64,000 nt of DNA from Marsupella aquatica (Eukaryota > Plantae > Marchantiophyta): positions 15,072,816-15,136,815 of the forward strand of contig OZ316895.1 of NCBI GenBank assembly GCA_973895155.1, written 5' to 3'. The translations under genes were made by a program, and so were the position numbers. The notes beneath the pieces were generated by a model that saw only the letters and a list, made by a program, of their open reading frames with translations, had not been told where the DNA came from and ran no database searches. Shown one piece after another: positions 28,001-37,571 of this stretch (position 1 is its first letter; each line of letters starts with the position of its first letter).

Positions 28001-28331
28001 CTCCCGACCTGACTTGAAGTTCACCATCAATAACGCTCCATTGATGACCATTTGAATCCAACACACCCAGTGAAATCAGATTCTTACGCATGTCAGGTAC
28101 ATACCTGACTCCGGACACTGTGCGCAGAGTGCCATCAAACATTTGAATCTTCACAGACCCAATACCCTCAATTTGACAGGAGTGATCATTTCCCATCAGA
28201 ATTGAACTGTTTGAAACAGAGTAAGAACTAAAAAACCCTCGAATGTAACAAATGTAAAAAGAGCAAGCACAATCAAGAATCCACACATCATCTGCTCTCC
28301 TAGATGACGTGCACAGGGCATACCCCTGGCT
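25080..28331 (-). pseudogene. Copia Pol (protease, integrase, RT, RNase H) with stops and frameshifts
   Basis: WILDCAC protease site, LWHSRLG..CEHC, SDNGGEY, TPQQNGVAER, YKARLVAKGFTQ, LYVDDM, YIDADYA, STTEAEY, KHIDVRYHF; split over several frames with TAG stops. Confidence 0.92.
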
Positions 28332-29372
28332 TCATAATACATACTCATCATTGAGTAAATCAGCATCTTCATCAGCCCTAGCCACATTTGCCGATGAAGA
28401 TTCAGCTGCCGTTCCCTTACAGTCTCGCTTGAAGTGTCCAACCTGGTTGCACTTCCAACATGTCACCTGCCTTCTCTGAGGGGATTTGCCTCTGGACTTA
28501 GATCTGGATTTAGATCTAAATTGGGTTCTACGGTCCCCAGTTGGTCGCTGTATACTCCTCCCACGGTTAACATTGAGGGCGGTACCAGAGGATGAAGGCT
28601 GTGACTTGATGTGCATCTTTTGCTGAAGATCATCACTAAGCAGAAAACTTACCATGTCATTGTAGGAAATGGTATCCCTATCATGATGCAACAACACCCG
28701 TGATAGGGATTGGTAAGATGGAGGCAATGAACTAAGAAGTTGCAGAGCCTTTGTCTCATCATTCAAAGTCTCCCCAAGGTTTTCCAAGTCAACGACCATG
28801 TTGTTGAAAGCATCCACATGGTCCTGCAACTTGGTACCGGATTCCTTCATCCTGAAACTCATCAGTTTGTAGGAAGTATAGAGCCAGTTCGACAACTCCT
28901 TGCGGTGATACTTGCTCTGCAATTCCGCAAACAAGGATATGCAGTCCTTATGTGCACCCAACTGCTTGATGATGGGAGGCATGAGATAGAGTGTAACACA
29001 CCACACTCCCTGCTCTTGCATGCGGTCCCATTGTTTCTCATCAACATCGTCTTCACGAGGGCTTAGCAGCTGGCCCATCCCTGAAGCATAGAGCACTCCT
29101 TTCACCTGCTTCTCCCAAAGCAAGTAGTCAGAGCGTCCATCATACTTTGTCACTTCATACTTGGGTCCCCCAAGCTTGAACGTATCCATCTTCTTCTTTG
29201 GCACTACCGTGAGCTCCGACAGTAGAACTGCTTCCTCCACCACACGCCGCACCGGTGATGGTACTGGTGTCACGTGCTCTTCCTCCTGCTCTTCTCTCTC
29301 TACTTCAAACCGCCATGGTGATCCTTGTGCTTCAAGTTCCACGTCTTCAAAAATCTCCTCCGAATCACTCAT
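28332..29372 (-). CDS. Copia Gag (intact ORF, 346 aa)
   Basis: KYEVTKYDGRSDYLLW N-terminus, UBN2-like LLSSLPPSY, zinc knuckle CWKCNQVGHFKRDC. Confidence 0.85.
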   Translation of the reverse strand: MSDSEEIFEDVELEAQGSPWRFEVEREEQEEEHVTPVPSPVRRVVEEAVLLSELTVVPKKKMDTFKLGGPKYEVTKYDGRSDYLLWEKQVKGVLYASGMGQLLSPREDDVDEKQWDRMQEQGVWCVTLYLMPPIIKQLGAHKDCISLFAELQSKYHRKELSNWLYTSYKLMSFRMKESGTKLQDHVDAFNNMVVDLENLGETLNDETKALQLLSSLPPSYQSLSRVLLHHDRDTISYNDMVSFLLSDDLQQKMHIKSQPSSSGTALNVNRGRSIQRPTGDRRTQFRSKSRSKSRGKSPQRRQVTCWKCNQVGHFKRDCKGTAAESSSANVARADEDADLLNDEYVL

Positions 29373-29532
29373 ATGAGAAAATCACGAAAAAGATCATTTT
29401 TCACAACTTCTCAAAAAACTCAAAACTAAACACCGCTGCGTAGCCCACAAAGCTAGGAATCCAACACTGAAGACCAAAATTAAAAATGAACTTTGATGGA
29501 AAAGTTATACAAATTTTGGTCACCCTTGAAAC

Positions 29533-29726
29533 AAGGCTCCCTCGGGTCACCCTTGGGGCGAGGCTCCCTCGGGTCACTCTAGGTCGCCCTTGGGGCGAGG
29601 CTCCCTCGGGTCGCCCTTGGTTCGACCCTACTTAGGGTCGCCCTTGGGGCGAGGCTCCATCGGGTCGCCCTTGGGGCGAGGCTCTCTCAGGTCGCCCTTG
29701 GGGCGAAGCTCCCTCGAGTCACCCTT
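29533..29726. repeat. GC-rich ~27-bp tandem array in the copia 5' leader
   Basis: gggtcgcccttggggcgaggctccctc repeated about 6-7 times with variants. Confidence 0.85.
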
Positions 29727-31299
29727 TGAAGCCCTGTTGCTGCAAAAATCCCATCACAATTCCTGGACAAAGTTATTGTTCACTAACTTTGTCGTTTTCC
29801 TTGTGCCCTAGGTCGCCGCCACACCTCACCTCTCCGCGGTGCGTTATGTTGCCGTAGGAAACACAATTTGCCAACATCCAACGTTGCTTGCTGCCGCCAA
29901 TTCCACGAGTAAAAATGATGACCGCCGACAGGGAAATGTTGCCAAATTGCACCGGCACAATCTGCGAGCTCAGTAGAGAAAAAATCTTCCGTCGTGTCAC
30001 ACTCACTCCATGTCAAGTGCCAATCCCGGACTCAAAATGACCGTCTTGTCGCGATCAAAACATTGAGCCATAGCACTTCGTATTTCTTCCTCCGAGTTGG
30101 ACGTGACAACGAGTAACCCGGTTCAGATGAGAACAAGCTCTATAGCCTGTGAAAAAATCTGAACATCTCCTTCACTCGTCATGACGCACTCGGTAACCAC
30201 TCAACAGCAACTCAACTACCGAAACGAACAGCTCGCTTTAACCTCCAACATGAGCTATAACATGCAACGCCTCCCGCACCGCACAACTCAAACCGTTGAA
30301 AAAATGATCTCTGGTCTCTCCCCCGAAATACCGTTGAACACGAAAAAACTCCAGATTGACGCAAACTTCGATTCCTCCGCACCACGGATTCCGATCAACG
30401 AGTTCTAACCACCGTTAGAAAGCCCTCTCACTAATCCATCCGTTCAGCCACACACATTTGAGTTTCATGCGATGAAACTCCGAATGTAACACCAACAATG
30501 AACGCTGGAAAACCGTCACGAAAAAGACCTCGTCACCTCCCAAGCATGCTTTGATACCAATTGTTGAGCATCGATAACAATCGCAACGGCAAACCCATGA
30601 ACCATCCAATGCACAAGAGTCGACACACAGAGATACGTGGTTCACCTCCACATGAGGCTACGTCCACGGGAACACACAAGAGCTTTACCGGTCATACCAA
30701 GCATCCACAGCATAAGCTCTCTCTATCTCTCAACTAGCTCAGTAAGAATGAGCCTAAGTTCCACCTCTCCAAGCAAACACCGCTTGGTTATAGAGTGTGC
30801 ACAGCATGACTAACCTAACCAAGTCTGCAACTAAGGTTAGCCTTAACTACGGTACAGTCGTAACTCTAGACCTAAGAGTAAATCCTAACATGATGGAGGA
30901 CGTGTCCAGCCCTACTCAAGTCTCAGGACAAGAATCTTGTCAGCATTTGTGACACACCCATAGAGTTATAGCTGGTTTGAAAAGGCTGTCAGGAAGTTCG
31001 TTCTAGCTTCTCATCAATTCTCAGTAAAACAAGCCTGACTAAACCATCTTTCAACACAAATAGTGACATTCCTTGCAATAAGAATTACTATCTTCAATGC
31101 CCAGATAACTAGCGTAAATGAATGCAGGAGTTTTGGTTGTGATTAGATGGTTTCAATGCCCAAATTCCTAACCTAAATGAATGTAGGAGCTTTGACTGTA
31201 ACATATGGCGAGTACCATGTGCCCTTGTGCCATTTTCCAGTTTTACCCCTAAAAGTACGTGTCTGTTTCCAGTTCCACCCCCAACTCCCCCCCCCCGAG

Positions 31300-31374
31300 T
31301 CGCGCTCTAGAGGCTTCAGTCTAGACTGTTGGCTCTTATCCTGACTTAATTTCTATTGCACGTTATTAGATAGA
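31300..31374 (-). mobile_element. 5' fragment of a Helitron related to 12514-12935
   Basis: Minus strand reads a|TCTATCTAATAACGTGCAA...tctagactgaagcctctaga, matching TCTTACTTATAAATCTGCAA...tctagagtgaagcctctaga; no clear 3' hairpin/CTAG found. Confidence 0.5.
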
Positions 31375-33689
31375 TAGTCACACTTCCTGTAATAAGAATA
31401 CTCACCGTGCAAATGGAGGGGAAAAGAACGAGGATGTGCAAAAAAATTGATTTTTCCTTGCAGTAAATATTGGATCATACTTGTTGTATTGAGAATAGTC
31501 ACCCTCTCTAATGTACACTTTTACCTAGCATCTCTTAGCCAAATATTAGCAGATGCAATATGTCCTAGCTACTGTAGTTTTCTCTGTTGGGAAAGCGGCA
31601 AATAGCCAAGGCTTCAATGTCCTCCCATTTTAGTGTTATTGCCATTGTACCTCACCCAACATTTGGACATAGATGACAAAACAAAGCAACAGGAAGTAGC
31701 TTAATATTGTAGCAAGTAATTGCACAATGCTTGCTCCATCTTCTATCCCTTTGACAGAAATTTTTAATCATAACAACATGGTACAATTGGAGGGATTGAA
31801 CCAAACATGCACAGCTAACTTTGATCCAATCCCCTTCATTTCCTTGCACATACGGGAGTCTCACTGCATGCTATGGGCCAAACATCGGCTGACACCTGGG
31901 CCAAATGTAAATGCATGATAACACCATAGCAAACCAAAAACTCCATCAATGTTAATTTGTGTGAGATTGGAGCACCCAACAATTTCCCCTCCCGCACCCT
32001 CATTTGCTTCAGGTGCCTTTCCCCTCACTATTTTTGAAATATACTGTACTGCACCATAGTTGAGTTGTTAGTCTTGAAGCTGCTATAATGGTGATTGCAC
32101 TTTTCAAATTTTGTCTTATTCAATATTTTTGTGTCAAAACTTGCCAGACTAGAAGGATTGTTGATTGAAATTTTGAAGATGCTATATGGTGCATGCAGTT
32201 TTCAGATTTTGACTTATTCATAATTTGTGTGTCATGTATTTTTTATTTCAATGTGCCTTATCAAGGGGCATCCTTTGCATTATATAGATTTTAATTAAAT
32301 TTTGGTATCTTAGAGAATTTTGAACTCATTTGAACTCATTAATCCCAATGACTTTAATTTCTATTCTAACCTTGCACAAAGTTTTTAAGTCCTCTCATGA
32401 GAGAGAAAAATGATTCTAAATAAAAGTGAACACATGGTGTCTTCAGTTCCCCTCATGACTTTCTTCCCTAAGTTTATGGTTTTTATTGAATTGAGTGTCA
32501 TTAATAAGGCACATTGAATTATGTGCACACATTGTAGTGCCTTTGTGTCATAGCACCTGACTGTACCTTTCATTGGTTACTATGTGCTTTTCTTTGCATG
32601 TCCTATTCTAGTTCTACTCTCTTACTTGATATCTACATCTATAATATGCAATGCCGCCAAAAAGTACTTTCGTCTGCTTACAAAATTGAAAATGGAGGGA
32701 ATCAAGCTAGACCGTCAGATTATTTTAAAGTTTTTTGTGTACTCTTGGATTGATTCACCAAGAGTGTCAAATGATATACTTCTCTTTATAGTATAATACA
32801 CAGTACATGAGGTATTTCTTATGTACATTCTTATGTAACATCATCTAAAATGTTTCTTTCTCTTTTATTAATAAGTTTCACACATCCCAACTATAAACTT
32901 TTGGGGCATGTCAAATTTTTTGTATTTTGCATAGAGTATGATTATAAGGTACATCTACAAACAATAATTGTCAGTGAGGGACAATTGGGGTCGTAGTATA
33001 TCTATTAATACCCTAGAGACTTGAAGCCACAAGGAAGGGAGAGGGTTGCTTTTCAAAGATAAAAGGGAAATTAAAGCCACAAGGAGGGAGAGGGGAGTAG
33101 TTGGTTTCTAAAGATAAAGGGACAAAAAGAAGTAAAATAAAGTTGAGTACATGGAAAAAACTGCAAAGCAAGAAAAGGATAGAGGGGATAATATTTTTGC
33201 CAGCCAAGAGCTTTCCCATGATGGAAAACTTATAGTTTTTTGTGCATAAAAATGCTTATTTATCAAAATCTTGAAAAATGGAATATTAAAACAAAAAGTG
33301 TTTCCCTCCTCCACATTGTTGTCTTGCCTCAACATTTCTGTCTTGCTTCTGCCTTGATATTTTCACTCTCTTCAACATCCTTGCCTCGCCTCAAATTCTT
33401 GGGCATTGGGCTATCACACAATAAGGGATCCCATCCATTTATGGGATCATCTGCTTACAGTCGCAAGATTGGGCCAGGTTCAACCTCAACCATTGGATGG
33501 AAAAGAAGTTTTTTGTGGCCCTTGATCTGCAAAACTCCATTAATAGCTCTGGATACTATCTCCTCTAACTCCCTTTCAGTATGTTGGGTTTCTCCCACTT
33601 TGCCTTTTGTGCCTGTTTTTTGCTTTTATTTCCTTTAATTTATTTCTGAACATTGCCTTAATTTCTCCATAATTATTTGTCTTTTGCCT

Positions 33690-34225
33690 TGCTTTGACAT
33701 TGCTTTGACCTCACTTGACATCTTTGCCTCTCCTCGACATCTTCGCATCTCCTCGACATCTTACCCTCTCCTCAACATCTTTGTCTCTCCTTGACATCCT
33801 CGACATCTGGCCCTTGCCTCGACATCTTGCCCTCATCTAAACATTTTTGTCTCGCCTTGACATCTTTCTCTCCCCTTGACATCTTTGCCTCTCCTCGACA
33901 TCTGGCCCTCCCCTGAACATCTTTGCATCTCCTTGACATCTTCGCATTTCCTCGACATCTTACCCTCTCCTCAAAATCTTTGTCTCTCCTCAACGTCATG
34001 CCCTTGCCTCAACATCTTCCCCTCACTCGACATCTTGCCCTCACCTCAAAATCTTGCCCTCACCTTGACATCTTGCCTTAACCTCAAAATGTTGCATTCA
34101 CCTCGACATCCAGCCCTCACTCGGAATCTTGCCCTTACCTCGACGTCTTGCCCTCACCTAGAAATTTTGCCCTCACTCAGAATCTTGCCCTCACCTCAAC
34201 ATCTTGATCTCACTCAACATCTTTC
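33690..34225. repeat. Degenerate ~18-bp minisatellite (about 28 units)
   Basis: Consensus about cctcgacatcttgccctc(a/t), pyrimidine-rich on the + strand. Confidence 0.85.
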
Positions 34226-35384
34226 GTGCAACGCACAGGCATGGGGCTAGTACTTACATATCACTACAAGACAAAATATCAAGCATGTTCCAGGATGAGC
34301 ATGCTATATTGGCAAAGTCCTCCTTATTATAGACTTTGCTGCAGGCTTTGCTGTCAAGATCCAAGGTTGGGCTTGACATTGATAGCTCTGCCCAAGAGGA
34401 GAGCTGTGGTGGCTAAGTCAACAAGGGTAGGGTTTGGGGAAATTTTGACTAATCCTACTATTGGCAGGGGCTCTATGGTTAGATATGGTCCATTGGGAAG
34501 TTTACATGTAGTCTGGATCTCAGTAGGTGTAACCATGGCATAGTACTCAAGTTTTTAGTTTCAATGGCAGATTTTTAATTTCCACTAGTTTCAGCGGAAA
34601 AAAACACCCATAAATATATTCAGCAGGTTAGCCTTTGATACTAGAATGTGGAGATCCTCCTCACATGATAGTGAACAACACAAGAGTATATTTTACTATG
34701 AAAAAACTGTAAAAAGTCTTATGGAGTACAATTTAAGGTTTGGTTGGTGTCTATGGGTTTCTGTGAATCCATCCTACACCCTTGTCAAACTTTTGTGTCT
34801 ATTAGGGATTGTTTTCCGTTTAAATGGCTATGGCATAAGTCTATGTTAAAATGAACCCTTAGTTTCACAATCCGGTTACAACTTTGTTTGGGAAGTTGAA
34901 CACCAGATGGACTTCCATGTTTGAAAAATTGCACTGATAGACTCTTGCAACCCAGATGGACTGCAGTGTACCCCTCTTTTCTGCTCATATAGTACATATT
35001 AGGCCAATGAGTGAAATGTGGCAAGACAATGAGACAGTCATCTTAGAAAATCTGTAGGTCTCTCAATTCTCAATGATATTGACTACATCACTCACTGGAA
35101 AGATCTTTCCAAGCTCTTTGTAACCAACCCAAAGAACCAGGTTCCGTTGGATACAAAGGGAGATATTGAATGTCAAAGGTAGTCCCTCAAAACCTTTCAC
35201 AATGAGTGTCAGAGTAATCTCACTGTCAATTCACATGAAAACTAGAGAAATTCACCTCTCTCAATTCTTCATGAAAACTAGAGATATTAGACTATTTGGA
35301 AAGATCTTTCCAAAATGCTCCTATTGAGACCAAGAAAACCATATTCCATTGGATATCAAGTGAGATATCCATAATAGTCCAACT

Positions 35385-35755
35385 TTGCTGTTGAAAACTT
35401 GTTGGATTGAGAAGGGTGCCAATAAGTGAGGCTGCAAAAGGAGTCAAGGTCCATGGCGGTTGCATAGGTCACAGGCTCGGTCCATCGGAACATCATTTTC
35501 TTCATTTGGAAAATGATGACTTAAAAACTTATGGCCAGTATTTGTTTTTGTGACAAAGGTCTGCTAGATTCCACTTCTTTGAAAAGTTTTAGCCTCTATT
35601 GGCTAAAATTTGCCAAGTTTTTGTGTCTTCCATAGCCAGTTTCCCACAGACCCAACCAGCCGGTGTCACAAAGACTTAAAAGTAGGGGCTTCCTTGGGCA
35701 AGCTACACGTTTCTGGTTACGATTGAGACGAAGTCAAAGCTCTTTTTGAGTCCTT
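35385..35755. repeat. Right copy of second inverted block (partner 23907-24277)
   Basis: Reverse-complement alignment. Confidence 0.9.
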
Positions 35756-36144
35756 GTATGCATTGTTACTTCACAGCTTATATATCCAGCCTTTGAAATG
35801 GCCGCCCAGCCAACCAATTTCCAAATTTATACTCATTATTTATTGTTTTGATGGGAGACGCGCTGCGTGTAGTCTCTGAGGATCCTTCACCTGTTTGTAA
35901 GGTAAAAATATTTGTTTCATTCATTTACATTTTACTTAGTTTTTGAAGTTTCCTGCTGATCGTGCATTGCCTATAGAACTGAAAATCCAATTCAGATCTA
36001 GATATAAGCTTTTCACAGGTTCAGGCGTAAAAAAATCTATTTTTTTGCGCACTTATGAACCGAGTACTTAATGGCATTTAGCCTTTCCAGCAAATAGCGG
36101 CACTATCTAATTCAGGATTGCTCCCAAATGCGGCCATCCCGTGC

Positions 36145-37413
36145 TCAAGTTCAAAACCTCTCAAGTTGTGTTGGTATAAGTACTAAATCTAAAACCTCTT
36201 GCCAGAGCACTGCACATTAAATCTACGACACAACCCTACAACCAGAACATAAACCAAGACACATGCTCATTTTGTAGATCACAAACATAGTGTATTGGTT
36301 TATGTTATGGTGTATAGAAAGCATTAAGTGCGCATTAACTTGAACGAGAAAGTAGATATAACACTCACAAAATCGCTACACCACCTATCCTTATTTCCAC
36401 AATCCCCAAATTAAAACCTCTACTAGAAACAGGAACGTTTGTTTCTTTGTCCAGCTAGGAAGTGAGTTGGAGCATTCATTGCTTTCCTTCGAGTAAAAAG
36501 AAGAACACACGATCGGCGGAGTGATGAGTGATGAGTGATGACAGACGAGGGCAGTGCGTAATTACAATCCCATCTGCAAAATTCCAGCGGAGAAGAAAAC
36601 CAGCAGAGACAGCTGCACAGCAAGGAAGCAAGGAAGCAGCGGAGCGGAGGACCATAGGTAGCAACAGCAAAGCTCGTAGCATGTACAAAAGAGTGGTAGC
36701 AAGCTTCAGTGCGAGCGTGTCATCTCTCTTTCTCTCAAAGGAGGACGGTAAGCTTTCTTCTGCAGTAGGAGCTGCAGCGGAATTTCGTTCAAGGCAAGAA
36801 ATCGGAGCTGCATTTCCTTTCCACTCTGTTGTCAGCACCCCGAGGCCATTCAGCCAGCCAGCCATCACGCGATCGGGACGCGGGAAGTACGTATGACATA
36901 GTTTTCGACAAGTTTAGAGGCATTCAAGGTGGGCTCGGCTCGGCTCGGCTCGGCTTGGGTGGAGCAGGAATCAATCTTCAATTTCATTCGAGGTGTTCTG
37001 GTTCTGCGGAATACGAGGATGCTTGCTTTGAGCAGTCAAACCTATGTAAATTGATCAGTCTAGTAAGAGTGGGAGTTCCTTTTCTGCCCGATGGATCTCC
37101 GTAGAAGGGGCTTGCTGCTTCTTCCCAGTGAGAGTGAGAGATGAGTTGAGAGGTACGCGGGAGAGACTCGAGTGGCGTGGGGCGGGCTGGACTTGACTTC
37201 CGGCAGCGAGATGAAACCAGGGAATGAGAACGAAAGGAAACCTGAGGGCAGCCTCAACAATTTGGATCGTCGTCTGAACCAAACCTTGAAGAGTGTACAA
37301 GGGTAAGTAAGAACGAGCAGACAAAGGCCAATATGTGTTTGTTAGATCTCTGAGCATTTTTAGCAATCTAATCTCATGACATTGCTTGCTTCTGAGGTGT
37401 CGTCGAGAGCTGC
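36145..37413 (+). repeat. Right arm of inverted duplication: copy of TBC upstream region, 5' leader, coding exon 1 (37211-37302) and first 111 nt of intron 1
   Basis: ATGAAACCAGGG..GTACAAGG|GTAAGT identical to TBC exon 1; homology ends at 37413. Confidence 0.95.
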
Positions 37414-37571
37414 CCTGGCTGGATTCGAGAGCTTGTTGGGCCCTGGCACTCATCCCTGCGGCAGCTGGTGCTGGTGCTCCTTTGCCTCCGTTTGAACCAG
37501 CCTTCCTTGGCATCGTTTGTTTTCTTGACAGGGCGTTGGCGTTCTTTCAGCTGAATTGAAACAGGAAAATA

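Larger units (their letters stand above)
24529..30890 (-). mobile_element. Full-length, decayed Ty1/copia LTR retrotransposon (Tnt1/Tork-like)
   Basis: TG..CA LTRs at 30562-30890 (5') and 24529-24873 (3'); 5-bp TSD tgatg on both sides; PBS tggtatcaaagc (tRNA-iMet-like, 30548-30559); PPT aagggggagat (24874-24884); gag-PR-INT-RT-RH order. Confidence 0.97.
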
